This document shows positions 23,345-38,500 of a DNA stretch of 64,000 nt, piece by piece (within the stretch, counting starts at the first letter, position 1; each line of letters opens with the position of its first letter). Under the pieces are notes generated by a model. The model was not told the DNA's origin. It did no database searches and saw nothing but the letters and a program-made list of their open reading frames with translations. The position numbers and the translations under genes were made by a program. The stretch is from Asterias rubens (lineage: Eukaryota), in NCBI RefSeq assembly GCF_902459465.1, contig NC_047065.1, forward strand, positions 5,642,001 through 5,706,000, written 5' to 3'.

Positions 23345-26300
23345 CTGTGTAAATCGTTATGTGCCCAAGCGATCAGAGACTCCACCATCATTCGTTCTGA
23401 TACAGTCACACCGTAGCCCTTGTAGTTTGTGTAGCGAGTCGAGAGATAACGTATAATAGCCGGCCTGCAAATAAGAAGAGGGAAAGGTTAGTTTCGTTAT
23501 GTTGATAAACAACAATATTAGCATAAAACAATACTTGGTAACGAATTATTGGGAGAGGTTGATAGTATGAAACATTGTGAGAAACGGCTCCCTCTGAAGT
23601 AACATAGTTTTCGAGAAAGAAGTAATTCTCCACGAATTTATTTCGAGACCTCAGAATTAGATTCTGAGGTCACGAAATAAAGCATCTGAAAGCACACAAC
23701 TTATGTGTAAAAAGGTTGTTTTGTCTTTCAATTATCTCGCATTTTTGACGACCAATATATGAGCTCAAATTTTCACAGGTTTGTTATTGTATGCATGTAA
23801 TTGAGATACACCAAGTGAGAAGACTGTTCTTTAAAAATTACCAATAGTGTCCAGTGTCTTTCTGAAATAATATTAAATGTAGAATGCAATTAATTTGGGC
23901 GCAGCGAGGTAGTGAGGTAGTGTCATGTTTTTTGTTAAGTACTGTTGATTATCTTACCCTTCGAAGATGGTTACTTCTCCGTCAACCAAAATTGGGACGT
24001 CCTGGTGTGGAAGACTACTTGGTAGTTCAGGCCTCCGCCCGTTGGAATCTACCGGAGCAGCCGGATCAATATCCACCAGGGCATATGGGATCTTGTTCTG
24101 GAAATCAATTTTATTCACAACTGCTCAGTTTAAAATTCGTATTCCTCAATGCATCTTACCACTTATTGTTCAAAAGCTTTAGTATGATCTAAAACACCCC
24201 GACAAACGCTAACTCTCTACCTGTGACAAAAAAAGCAACCACCCCCATCGCACCATCTCCAATCATCTCGACAAAATTACCAAGAAACAAACAACAACAT
24301 GCAAAAAATAAAATTAATTTAAATGAAACAGAACCATCCGGTCATTATAGCTGAACCTTGCAGAGCTAAACTGAGAATGATTTCATTTGTGAATGGTTTT
24401 GTAAAACATCTTTTTGCAAAGCATTTATTTAACTTGGACTATAAATTAGTTTAAAGGCAGTGGACACTATTGGTAATTGCCAAAGACTAGCCTTTGAGCT
24501 CAATCGCTCATCGAACTTGCGAGATAATAATGCAAGAAAAAAACACCCTTGTCACACTTCATTTCGAGACCTCAAGTTCTAAATCTGAGGTCTCGAAACC
24601 AAATTCGTAGAAAATTACTTTTTTTCTCAAAATCTGTGGCACTTCAGAGGAAGCCGTTTCTCACAATTTGTTATACCATCAACCTCTCCTCATTACTCGT
24701 CACCAAGAAAGGTTTTATGCTAATAATTATTTTAAGTGTTTACCAATTGTGTCCACTGCCTAATTGTGTCCAAGCAAACATCCAATGCCATGATCACTGA
24801 TACACATTCAGTAAATTTTTGTCAAAACTTCTGGGTGTGTAACAAGCTCTTATATTAAATTTTCGATTGACGGTTTCAATTTGGAAGTAAGAGAAAGTAT
24901 AGCGAGATATGACTTTCCATACTGCCGCCGCTGCGGTGGGCTATACTGACCCATGGCAAACGCGCCCATTCTGGCCGCGATTTGGGGATTACACATGTAA
25001 AACGGTGGAATTTATTGCAACAGTGTTGGAAATTGCCGCGCGCATTGTGCAAAAATACAGCCGCCGTGTTGCTGTGTGCTGGTGGTGGGGAAATAGCAGT
25101 ACAAGTCCTAACAGGTTGGGTGATTATTTTGTTCAAACATCTTAACTCTCACCGATACCCTCGCTCTACTACTACGTTTAATAATAATGGCAAATAGCAT
25201 GTTTGACCATCACTTGCCCCTCTTGTTTTATTTAACGGTGGGTCTGGTGTCCATGTCAATTCGACTTAAGATAAGCTTCACATTCTTTGACCATGCTTCG
25301 TTGCTTGGATGTGGAAGTTAATCTACTATAGGGGCCTACAAGAATAATTGATTTATTGAGCAAATATTTGGTAGCACTGGGCGGTGTGATTTCTTGCAAC
25401 ACGAGCACTGAATCAATACGACAGTGCAGTGCATGGACACTATTATTATTCGCAAAAATTTTGGTTGTTCAGGAGCTAGGCCAATATCTCATAGCCAGTA
25501 GACAATGGCGAGGCCATCTTCATTGTGTCCCTATTGTTTGTACATTACAGTAAAACCATCCGTCGGCCTTGATTTCACCAAAGCCTTTTTTCGAAACCAT
25601 GGCTCGGGAGCTACGGCTCTGCCCAACCGTTGGAAGCTCCAACACACTTAACAACTACAACAACACACTTCTGTAACTTCTCCACACGTCCTAGCATCAA
25701 TCTTTGAAGAAAAGAAAAATATGCCCCCTGGCCTCATGGTCAACTCCAAACAGCGGGAACCTTCACAAAACTGTGTCCCACTGTCAGTTGTTCTAGAGGA
25801 TAATTCTCTCTGCCCAATAGACCATCCCTGTTATATCACACCTTTTCACACATAGAGCCACAGAGCATGGACTTCACGCAAACATTATTTTTGTACAGTT
25901 TGAAGACAATTTTAAAGGCAGTGGACACTATTGGTAATTACTCAAAATAATAACCAGCATAAAACCATACTTGGTGACGAGTACTGGCGAGCTGTTGGTA
26001 GTATAACACATTGTGAGATAATTTTGAGAAAGAAGTAATTTTCCATGAATTTGATTTCGAGACCTCAAAATTAGTGCACACAACTTCGTGGGACAAGGGT
26101 GTTTTTTCTTTCAACTTTATCTCGCAACTTCGAAGACCAATTTGAGCTAAGGCCAAATAAATAAATAAATAAATAAAATGATCGTCCCCGCCCGCATCCT
26201 TTTTGGGGGCCGCATCCTTTTTTTTCTTCTTTTTTTTATACTATTTTTGTTCCATAACACAATATTAGTGAATGCCTACCAGTAAATCTTGTTAGTGTTA

Positions 26301-27556
26301 TCCGACCCTGTTAGTGTCCTCATGCAACTAATAGGTATAATAAGTTTGCAGTTGATTCAAACTGAAGAATTGGTGGCCTGTTTGATTTTAAATACTAAGC
26401 GGCCATCTTGAAAAAAAAAAAGTAAATAATAAATAGTAAGGTCCTCATCCTCCTCTTTTTTTTTTTAATTCGGACGATCAACTGGTATTTTTTTTATATT
26501 TGGCCTAAAGTAAAAGTTCACAGGTTTGTAATTTATGCATATGTTGAGAACTGCATATGTTGAGAAGACTGGTTTTTGACTTAACCAGTGTCTGTAAAAC
26601 ATGATGGCGCTCGTTATATTATAATTTTTATTGTAGGTGAACAACTCAAAACTTGTTCACCCGCTGCTTCTTACAACTCTTCCATGTGAAAATTATGATA
26701 CAAAATGTAAACATTTCCCATATAGTTATTGTCTCGCCTGCTAGAATTGACCGAAAAAAACTATAAAATAATATGTAGGCCTATGTACAAAGTTAACAAT
26801 TAAATAGAAACATCTTGAAAGGAAATTAAGCAAACATTGAAGATTTAATAATTAAAATTGGGGTACAAGACAATCAAGCATGTATGACTGTGAACAAAAT
26901 ATTTAAAAAATATTTTAACTAGAAGGATACAATGGTCTATACTTGAATTTAAAGGCAGTGGACACTACTTGGGTAATTCATCATAAAACCTTTCTTGATA
27001 TACGAATAATTGGAGAGGTTGATAGTATAAAACATTGTGAGAAACAGCTCCCTCTGGAGTGGCGTAGTTGTCGAGAAAGACGTTATTTTCCACGAATTTG
27101 ATTTCGAGACCTCAAGTTTAGATTTGAGGTCTCGAAGCGAAATCAAGCATCTGAAAGCACACAACTTCGTGTGACCTGGGTGTTGTTTTTTTTCACTGTT
27201 ATCTCGCAACTTTGACGACCGATTAAGCTAAAAATTTCACAGGTTTGTTATGCATGCATTAACTATGTTGAGATACACCAACTGTGAAGACTAGTCTTTG
27301 GACAATTACCAATAGTGTTCACAGTCTTTAATCATTGTATATTTCTAATAGATTTTTTGAAACTGTGAAACCTTGAGACGTTTCTTACCTGCGCAAGATA
27401 CAGCCAGACAGCCCTACAGGCGGGGATAACCGTATTAAAATATAAAGTGACTGGCTTATTATTGCCAGGCAGTACAGACGTGCCATTTGTGTCACCACTA
27501 CCCGTTCCCGTAGAGCTGCTGGGTGAAGACCGAAACTTTCTAAACAGTGAGTCCAT
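23345..27556 (-). other. GST 5' cassette copy 2: E1 27556-27389, E2 24097-23958, E3 23464-23345; no exon 4
   Basis: Near-identical to copy 1 with intact splice sites. E1 carries compensating +1/-1 indels (YFNTVIPACRAV). Confidence 0.9.
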
Positions 27557-29484
27557 TGCGTGTGCCTCCCACTTCGAAACAGACCCGCAAGAGGAAAAAG
27601 AAACCTCCGTCTGCTGAGAGCTATCCAGCCGGCCACGTACAATCAAGGTTTACCCTCCCATTGACTCATGCACTAGTGCTCAAAGACATTTCTTGATGAT
27701 TTCTTTTCCAAGTTTGAAGAGTAAGAATCTCGATCGATGCGTGATTAAGGCTCTCCTTACAATACAATGAGATGTCTCTGCACAAGTGCTTTCTATAAAC
27801 ACAAGTCTCAATGCTTAATGATGCAACGACCATGACAACTTTGTCCTCGTCTCGTAGTTTACGTGACCTTTACTGTGGGTTAGCAAGGAACTGACTCCAA
27901 GAATTCGGGCTCGCTCATCACCTTTGACCCCATGTCAACATTCTGCCCCATTTTTTGTTGGGAGTGCGCGCAAACTGAGCAAATTTGTTCAAACCCGAAT
28001 CAAACATTTTACAATTAGACGGTATGGTGTAAGCCTTGTTTGAATAAAGGGACTTGCGAAGTGATGAAGACAAACATTGAATAAGGAAATCAATGTGTAG
28101 TGAAGAGGAATCAACTAGTGGTTTAATCCCAACGAGGCCTGGTTCTTGATAATTTTACCGAGACGAAGTCGAGGTAAATTATAAAGAACCAGGCCTCGGC
28201 GGGTTAAACCCTATAGTTGAAAACCGATTCAACACACTTTGATTCCAATTCATAAATACCTTTTCGGTCAAAACACATCAACACCTTTGGTCAAAACGTA
28301 AATAAATGCAAAAATTATAACTGTTCAATGACTTCTTTCAACACAACACCCCTCCAGCTATGAAATGGTATTAAAATAATGGTAAGGCCCTCCGCGCCCT
28401 CGGGTAAACAAATAAGGAATGCTGTGCGCGTCGCGCGTATCGCGTGATGTGGCACAACAACTGTCCTGGCCGTTGCTCTCGACCAATAGGAATGAACAAA
28501 CTGTCTTATAAGCTCACGTGTCATGCCCGTGTTGTTAACACTTTTTACTGGTCTTCAACAAAGGTTTATACACACCCACGTGACGGTCTCTCCACCAATA
28601 GGAATAGCGAAACTGTCAGAGGTATTTATGACTTCTCTTGCTGAGATAGTAGTGGTTTGAACTAAATTATCCATTATGTTTGACTAATGATCTTGACCTA
28701 ACCATGATGTATAGAGAGGCGCAATTTTGTACCTGACTCTTCCTGGCATATCCCAACGAAAAGATCGCACATAATACAGGTCATTTCGACCCAAGACTGA
28801 AGCCGTCAGGCGCAGATCAAGGGGCGGGGGATGTACGCCCCTCCTACTGTCAGGAAAAAAAACCAACATTTTTTTTATTGAAATCGGAGGTTGAGCTATT
28901 GTGAAATTCACGTATTGGAGGGTGTCCAAAAGTCGTGTATCTCATCATACCGAGTTCCACCGTCAGGGACGTTGAATGAGTCTTGACTCAAGTCTTTATT
29001 TCCAGTCAACTGCCTATTAACGTCAGAAGAAAGGAAAACAACTGGTTTCTTAGTTATCATTGAATGGAGGTAGTTCCACCTTTCTCAACAATTTCACTGT
29101 TTTTCAGGTTAAACTGTTTTTCGTGAGGATTTTTTTGTATAAAGTGCGGGATATAAGTTTGGGATCACCACATGAAAATCACATGGAATTTGGTTGGCAA
29201 ACCTGTTTTTATCAAGGAGAATGTCATGCTAAGCAAATTGTGTGCTTAGTAGCTCTATGAAATTGGGCCCCTGATGGTGGTATATACGCCATATGGAAAA
29301 GTCTTACAATGTGTCCATGGGTGGATTTCACAAAGAGTTAGGACTAGTCTTAACTCGAGTTAGGACCAGTTACTCGTCCTAACTTAGGACTATCCATGCA
29401 ATTTGTTTATGTCCTAGGAATAGTCCTAAGTTAGGACCAGTCCTAACTCTTTGTGAAATCGACCCCAGGTCACATTATCGTTAC

Positions 29485-32400
29485 CTGTGTAAATCGTTAT
29501 GTTGCCCAAGCGATCAGAGACTCCACCATCATTCGTTCTGATACAGTCACACCGTAGCCCTTGTAGTTTGTGTAGCGAGTCGCGAGATAACGTATAATAG
29601 CCGGCCTGCAATAAGAAGAGGGAAAGGTTAGTTTCGTTATGTTGATAAACACAATATTAGCATAAAACAATACTTGTAACGAATTATGGGAGAGGTTGAT
29701 AGTATGAAACATTGTGAGAACGGCTCCCTCGAAGTAACATAGTTTTCGAGAAAGAAGTAATCTCCACGAATTTATTTCGAGACCTAGAATTAGATTCTGA
29801 GGTCACGAAATAAAGCATCTGAAAGCACACAACTTATGTGTAAAAAGGTTGTTTTGTCTTTCAATTATCTCGCTTTTGACCGAATATATGAGCTCAAATT
29901 TTCACAGGTTTGTTATTGTATGCATGTAATTGAGATACACCAAGTGAGAAGACTGTCTTTAAAAATTACCAATAGTGTCCAGTGTCTTTCTGAAATATAT
30001 TAAATGTAGAATGCAATTAATTTGGGCGCAGCGAGGTAGTGAGGTAGTGTCATGTTTTTTGTTAAGTACTGTTGATTATCTTACCCTTCGAAGATGGTTA
30101 CTTCTCCGTCAACCAAAATTGGGACGTCCTGGTGTGGAAGACTACTTGGTAGTTCAGGCCTCCGCCCGTTGGAATCTACCGGAGCAGCCGGATCAATATC
30201 CACCAGGGCATATGGGATCTTGTTCTGGAAATCAATTTTATTCACAACTGCTCAGTTTAAAATTCGTATTCCTCAATGCATCTTACCACTTATTGTTCAA
30301 AAGCTTTAGTATGATCTAAAACACCCCGACAAACGCTAACTCTCTACCTGTGACAAAAAAAGCAACCACCCCCATCGCACCATCTCCAATCATCTCGACA
30401 AAATTACCAAGAAACAAACAACAACATGCAAAAAATAAAAATTAATTTAAATGAAACAGAACCATCCGGTCATTATAGCTGAACCTTGCAGAGCTAAACT
30501 GAGAATGATTTCATTTGTGAATGGTTTTGTAAAACATCTTTTTGCAAAGCATTTATTTAACTTGGACTATAAATTAGTTTAAAGGCAGTGGACACTATTG
30601 GTAATTGCCAAAGACTAGCCTTTGAGCTCAATCGCTCATCGAACTTGCGAGATAATAATGCAAGAAAAAAACACCCTTGTCACACTTCATTTCGAGACCT
30701 CAAGTTCTAAATCTGAGGTCTCGAAACCAAATTCGTAGAAAATTATTTTTCTCAAAATCTGTGGCACTTCAGAGGAAGCCGTTTCTCACAATTTGTTATA
30801 CCATCAACCTCTCCTCATTACTCGTCACCAAGAAAGGTTTTATGCTAATAATTATTTTAAGTGTTTACCAATTGTGTCCACTGCCTAATTGTGTCCAAGC
30901 AAACATCCAATGCCATGATCACTGATACACATTCAGTAAATTTTTGTCAAAACTTCTGGGTGTGTAACAAGCTCTTATATTAAATTTTCGATTGACGGTT
31001 TCAATTTGGAAGTAAGAGAAAGTATAGCGAGATATGACTTTCCATACTGCCGCCGCTGCGGTGGGCTATACTGACCCATGGCAAACGCGCCCATTCTGGC
31101 CGCGATTTGGGGATTACACATGTAAAACGGTGGAATTTATTGCAAAAGTGTTGGAAATTGCCGCGCGCATTGTGCAAAAATACAGCCGCCGTGTTGCTGT
31201 GCTGGTGGTGGGGAAATAGCAGTACAAGTCCTAACAGGTTGGGTGATTATTTTGTTCAAACATCTTAACTTTCACCGATACCCTCGCTCTACTACTACGT
31301 TTAATAATAATGGCAAATAGCATGTTTGACCATCACTTGCCCCTCTTGTTTTATTTAACGGTGGGTCTGGTGTCCATGTCAATTCGACTTAAGATTAGCT
31401 TCACATTCTTTGACCATGCTTCGTTGCTTGGATGTGGAAGTTAATCTACTATAGGGGCCTACAAGAATAATTGATTTATTGAGCAAATATTTGGTAGCAC
31501 TGGGCGGTGTGATTTCTTGCAACACGAGCACTGAATCAATACGACAGTGCAGTGCATGGACACTATTATTATTCGCAAAAATTTTGGTTGTTCAGGAGCT
31601 AGGCCAATATCTCATAGCCAGTAGACAATGGCGATGCCATCTTCATTGTGTCCCTATTGTTTGTACATTACAGTAAAACCATCCGTCGGCCTTGATTTCA
31701 CCAAAGCCTTTTTTCGAAACCATGGCTCGGGAGCTACGGCTCTGCCCAACCGTTGGAAGCTCCAACACACTTAACAACTACAACAACACATTCTGTAACT
31801 TCTCCACACGTCCTAGCATCAATCTTTGAAGAAAAGAAAAATATGCCCCCTGGCCTCATGGTCAACTCCAAACAGCGGGAACCTTCACAAAACTGTGTCC
31901 CACTGTCAGTTGTTCTAGAGGATAATTCTCTCTGCCCAATAGACCATCCCTGTTATATCACACCTTTTCACACATAGAGCCACAGAGCATGGACTTCACG
32001 CAAACATTATTTTTGTACAGTTTGAAGACAATTTTAAAGGCAGTGGACACTATTGGTAATTACTCAAAATAATAACCAGCATAAAACCATACTTGGTGAC
32101 GAGTACTGGCGAGCTGTTGGTAGTATAACACATTGTGAGATAATTTTGAGAAAGAAGTAATTTTCCATGAATTTGATTTCGAGACCTCAAAATTAGTGCA
32201 CACAACTTCGTGGGACAAGGGTGTTTTTTCTTTCAACTTTATCTCGCAACTTCGAAGACCAATTTGAGCTAAGGCCAAATAAATAAATAAATAAATAAAA
32301 TGATCGTCCCCGCCCGCATCCTTTTTGGGGGCCGCATCCTTTTTTTTCTTCTTTTTTTTATACTATTTTTGTTCCATAACACAATATTAGTGAATGCCTA

Positions 32401-33657
32401 CCAGTAAATCTTGTTAGTGTTATCCGACCCTGTTAGTGTCCTCATGCAACTAATAGGTATAATAAGTTTGCAGTTGATTCAAACTGAAGAATTGGTGGCC
32501 TGTTTGATTTTAAATATTAAGCGGCCATCTTGAAAAAAGTAAATAAATAGTAAGGTCCTCATCCTCCTCTTTTTTTTTTAATTCGGACGATCAACTGGTA
32601 TTTTTTTATATTTGGCCTAAAGTAAAAGTTCACAGGTTTGTAATTTATGCATATGTTGAGAACTGCATATGTTGAGAAGACTGGTTTTTGACTTAACCAG
32701 TGTCTGTAAAACATGATGGCGCTCGTTATATTATAATTTTTATTGTAGGTGAACAACTCAAAACTTATTCACCCGCTGCTTCTTACAACTCTTCCATGTG
32801 AAAATTATGATACAAAATGTAAACATTTCCCATATAGTTATTGTCTCGCCTGCTAGAATTGACCGAAAAAAACTATAAAATAATATGTAGGCCTATGTAC
32901 AAAGTTAACAATTAAATAGAAACATCTTGAAAGGAAATTAAAGCAAACATTGAAGATTTAATAAATTAAAATTGGGTACAAGAACAATCAAGCATGACTG
33001 TGAACAAAATATTTAAAAAATATTTTAACTAGAAGGATACAATGGTCTATACTTGAATTTAAAGGCAGTGGACACTACTTGGTAATCATCATAAAACCTT
33101 TCTTGATATACGAATAATTGGGAGAGGTTGATAGTAAAACATTGTGAGAAACAGCTCCCTCTGGAGTGGCGTAGTTGTCGAGAAAGACGTTATTTTCCAC
33201 GAATTTGATTTCGAGACCTCAAGTTTAGATTTGAGGTCTCGAAGCGAAATCAAGCATCTGAAAGCACAACTTCGTGTGACCTGGGTGTTGTTTTTTTCAC
33301 TGTTATCTCGCAACTTTGACGACCGATTAAGCTAAAAATTTCACAGGTTTGTTATGCATGCATAACTATGTTGAGATACACCAACTGTGAAGACTAGTCT
33401 TTGACAATTACCAATAGTGTTCACAGTCTTTAATCATTGTATTTCTAATAGATTTTTTTGAAACTGTGAAACCTTGAGACGTTTCTTACCTGCGCAAGAT
33501 ACAGCCAGACAGCCCTACAGGGCGGGGATAACCGTATTAAATATAAAGTGACTGGCTTATTATTGCCAGGCAGTACAGACGTGCCATTTGTGTCACCACT
33601 ACCCGTTCCCGTAGAGCTGCTGGGTGAAGACCGAAACTTTCTAAACAGTGAGTCCAT
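29485..33657 (-). other. GST 5' cassette copy 3: E1 33657-33490, E2 30224-30085, E3 29605-29485; no exon 4
   Basis: Near-identical copy. E3 is 121 nt (1-bp insertion, possibly a read error). Confidence 0.9.
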
Positions 33658-35579
33658 TGCGTGTGCCTCCCACTTCGAAACAGACCCGCAAGAGGAAAAA
33701 GAAACCTCCGTCTGCTGAGAGCTATCCAGCCGGCCACGTACAATCAAGGTTTACCCTCCCATTGACTCATGCACTAGTGCTCAAAGACATTTCTTGATGA
33801 TTTCTTTTCCAAGTTTGAAGAGTAAGAATCTCGATCGATGCGTGATTAAGGCTCTCCTTACAATACAATGAGATGTCTCTGCACAAGTGCTTTCTATAAA
33901 CACAAGTCTCAATGCTTAATGATGCAACGACCATGACAACTTTGTCCTCGTCTCGTAGTTTACGTGACCTTTACTGTGGGTTAGCAAGGAACTGACTCCA
34001 AGAATTCGGGCTCGCTCATCACCTTTGACCCCATGTCAACATTCTGCCCCATTTTTTGTTTGGGAGTGCGCGCAAACTGAGCAAATTTGTTCAAACCCGA
34101 ATCAAACATTTTACAATTAGACGGTATGGTGTAAGCCTTGTTTGAATAAAGGGACTTGCGAAGTGATGAAGACAAACATTGAATAAGGAAATCAATGTGT
34201 AGTGAAGAGGAATCAACTAGTGGTTTAATCCCAACGAGGCCTGGTTCTTGATAATTTTACCGAGACGAAGTCGAGGTAAATTATAAAGAACCAGGCCTCG
34301 GCGGGTTAAACCCTATAGTTGAAAACCGATTCAACACACTTTGATTCCAATTCATAAATACCTTTTCGGTCAAAACACATCAACACCTTTGGTCAAAACG
34401 TAAATAAATGCAAAAATTATAACTGTTCAATGACTTCTTTCAACAAACACCCTCCAGCTATGAAATGGTATTAAAATAATGGTAAGGCCCTCCGCCGCCC
34501 TCGGGTAAACAAAATAAGGGAATGCTGTGCGCGTCGCGCGTATCGCGTGATGTGGCACAACAACTGTCCTGGCCGTTGCTCTCGACCAATAGGAATGAAC
34601 AAACTGTCTTATAAGCTCACGTGTCATGCCCGTGTTGTTAACACTTTTTACTGGTCTTCAACAAAGGTTTATACACACCCACGTGACGGTCTCTCCACCA
34701 ATAGGAATAGCGAAACTGTCAGAGGTATTTATGACTTCTCTTGCTGAGATAGTTGGTTTGAACTAAATTATCCATTATGTTTGACTAATGATCTTGACCT
34801 AACCATGATGTATAGAGAGGCGCAATTTTGTACCTGACTCTTCCTGGCATATCCCAACGAAAAGATCGCACATAAATACAGGTCATTTCGACCCAAGACT
34901 GAAGCCGTCAGGCGCAGATCAAGGGGCGGGGGATGTACGCCCCTCCTACTGTCAGGAAAAAAACAAACATTTTTTTTATTGAAATCGGAGGTTGAGCTAT
35001 TGTGAAATTCACGTATTGGAGGGTGTCCAAAAGTCGTGTATCTCATCATACCGAGTTCCACCGTCAGGGACGTTGAATGAGTCTTGACTCAAGTCCTTTT
35101 ATTTCCAGTCCAACTGCCTATTAAACGTCAGAAGAAAGGAAAAAACTGGTTTCTTAGTTATCATTGAATGGAGGTAGTTCCACCTTTCTCAACAATTTCA
35201 CTGTTTTTCAGGTTAAACTTGTTTTTCGTGAGGATTTTTTGTATAAAGTGCGGGTATAAGTTTGGGATCACCACATGAAAATCACATGGAAATTGGTTGG
35301 CAAACCTGTTTTATCAAGGAAGAAATGTCATGCTAAGCAAATTTGTGCTTAGTAGCTCTATGAAATTGGGCCCTGATGGTGGTATATAAACGCCATGGAA
35401 AAGTCTTACAATGTGTCCCAGGGTGGATTTCAAAGAGTTAGGACTAGTTAACTCGAGTTAGGACCAGTTCTCGTCCTAACTTAGGACTATCCATGCAATT
35501 TGTTTGTCCTAGGAATAGTCCTAAGTTAGGACCAGTCCTAACTCTTTGTGAAATCGACCCCAGGTCACATTATCGTTAC

Positions 35580-38500
35580 CTGTGTAAATCGTTATGTGCC
35601 AAGCGATCAGAGACTCCACCATCATTCGTTCTGATACAGTCACACCGTAGCCCTTGTAGTTTGTGTAGCGAGTCGAGAGTAACGTATAATAGCCGGCCTG
35701 CAAATAAGAAGAGGAAAGGTTAGTTTCGTTTATGTGATAAACAACATATTAGCATAAAACAATACTTGGTAACGAATTATTGGGAGAGTTGATAGATGAA
35801 ACATTGTGAGAAACGGCTCCCTCTGAAGTACATAGTTTTCGAGAAAGAAGTAATTCTCCACGAATTTATTTCGAGACCTCAGAATTAGATTCTGAGGTCA
35901 CGAAATAAAGCATCTGAAAGCACACAACTTATGTGTAAAAAGGTTGTTTTGTCTTTCAATTATCTCGCATTTTTGACGACCAATATATGAGCTCAAATTT
36001 TCACAGGTTTGTTATTGTATGCATGTAATTGAGATACACCAAGTGAGAAGACTGTTCTTTAAAAATTACCAATAGTGTCCAGTGTCTTTCTGAAATAATA
36101 TTAAATGTAGAATGCAATTAATTTGGGCGCAGCGAGGTAGTGAGGTAGTGTCATGTTTTTTGTTAAGTACTGTTGATTATCTTACCCTTCGAAGATGGTT
36201 ACTTCTCCGTCAACCAAAATTGGGACGTCCTGGTGTGGAAGACTACTTGGTAGTTCAGGCCTCCGCCCGTTGGAATCTACCGGAGCAGCCGGATCAATAT
36301 CCACCAGGGCATATGGGATCTTGTTCTGGAAATCAATTTTATTCACAACTGCTCAGTTTAAAATTCGTATTCCTCAATGCATCTTACCACTTATTGTTCA
36401 AAAGCTTTAGTATGATCTAAACACCCCGACAAACGCTAACTCTCTACCTGTGACAAAAAAAGCAACCACCCCCATCGCACCATCTCCAATCATCTCGACA
36501 AAATTACCAAGAAACAAACAACAACATGCAAAAAAAAAAATTAATTTAAATGAAACAGAACCATCCGGTCATTATAGCTGAACCTTGCAGAGCTAAACTG
36601 AGAATGATTTCATTTGTGAATGGTTTTGTAAAACATCTTTTTGCAAAGCATTTATTTAACTTGGACTATAAATTAGTTTAAAGGCAGTGGACACTATTGG
36701 TAATTGCCAAAGACTAGCCTTTGAGCTCAATCGCTCATCGAACTTGCGAGATAATAATGCAAGAAAAAAACACCCTTGTCACACTTCATTTCGAGACCTC
36801 AAGTTCTAAATCTGAGGTCTCGAAACCAAATTCGTAGAAAATTACTTTTTTTCTCAAAATCTGTGGCACTTCAGAGGAAGCCGTTTCTCACAATTTGTTA
36901 TACCATCAACCTCCTCATTACTCGTCACCAAGAAAGGTTTTATGCTAATAATTATTTTAAGTGTTTACCAATTGTGTCCACTGCCTAATTGTGTCCAAGC
37001 AAACATCCAATGCCATGATCACTGATACACATTCAGTAAATTTTTGTCAAAACTTCTGGGTGTGTAACAAGCTCTTATATTAAATTTTCGATTGACGGTT
37101 TCAATTTGGAAGTAAGAGAAAGTATAGCGAGATATGACTTTCCATACTGCCGCCGCTGCGGTGGGCTATACTGACCCATGGCAACGCGCCCATTCTGGCC
37201 GCGATTTGGGGATTACACATGTAAAACGGTGGAATTTATTGCAAAAGTGTTGGAAATTGCCGCGCGCATTGTGCAAAAATACAGCCGCCGTGTTGCTGTG
37301 TGCTGGTGGTGGGGAAATAGCAGTACAAGTCCTAACAGGTTGGGTGATTATTTTGTTCAAACATCTTAACTTCACCGATACCCTCGCTCTACTACTACGT
37401 TTAATAATAATGGCAAATAGCTGTTTGACCATCACTTGCCCCTCTTGTTATTTAACGGTGGGTCTGGTGTCCATGTCAATTCGACTTAAGATTAGCTTCA
37501 CATTCTTTGACCATGCTTCGTTGTGGTGGAAGTTAATCTACTATAGGGGCCTACAAGAATAATTGATTTATTGAAAATTTTGGTAGCACTGGGCGGTGTG
37601 ATTTCTTGCAACACGAGCACTGAATCAATACGACAGTGCAGTGCATGGACACTATTATTATTCGCAAAAATTTTGGTTGTTCAGAGCTAGGCCAATATCT
37701 CATAGCCAGTAGACAATGGCGATGCCATCTCATTGGTCCCTATTGTTTGTACATTACAGTAAAACCATCCGTCGGCCTTGATTCACCAAAGCCTTTTTTC
37801 GAAACCATGGCTCGGGAGCTACGGCTCTGCCCAACCGTTGGAAGCTCCAACACACTTAACAACTACAACAACACACTTCTGTAACTTCTCCACACGTCCT
37901 AGCATCAATCTTTGAAGAAAAGAAAAATATGCCCCCTGGCCTCATGGTCAACTCCAAACAGCGGGAACCTTCACAAAACTGTGTCCCACTGTCAGTTGTT
38001 CTAGAAGATAATTCTCTCTGCCCAATAGACCATCCCTGTTATATCACACCTTTTCACACATAGAGCCACAGAGCATGGACTTCACGCAAACATTATTTTT
38101 GTACAGTTTGAAGACAATTTTAAAGGCAGTGGACACTATTGGTAATTACTCAAAATAATAACCAGCATAAAACCATACTTGGTGACGAGTACTGGCGAGC
38201 TGTTGGTAGTATAACACATTGTGAGATAGTTTTTGAGAAAGAAGTAATTTTCCATGAATTTGATTTCGAGACCTCAAAATTAGTGCACACAACTTCGTGG
38301 GACAAGGGTGTTTTTTCTTTCAACTTTATCTCGCAACTTCGAAGACCAATTTGAGCTAAGGCCAAATAAATAAATAAATAAATAAAATGATCGTCCCCGC
38401 CCGCATCCTTTTTGGGGGCCGCATCCTTTTTTTTCTCTTCTTTTTTATACTATTTTTGTTCCATAACACAATATTAGTGAATGCCTACCAGTAAATCTTG

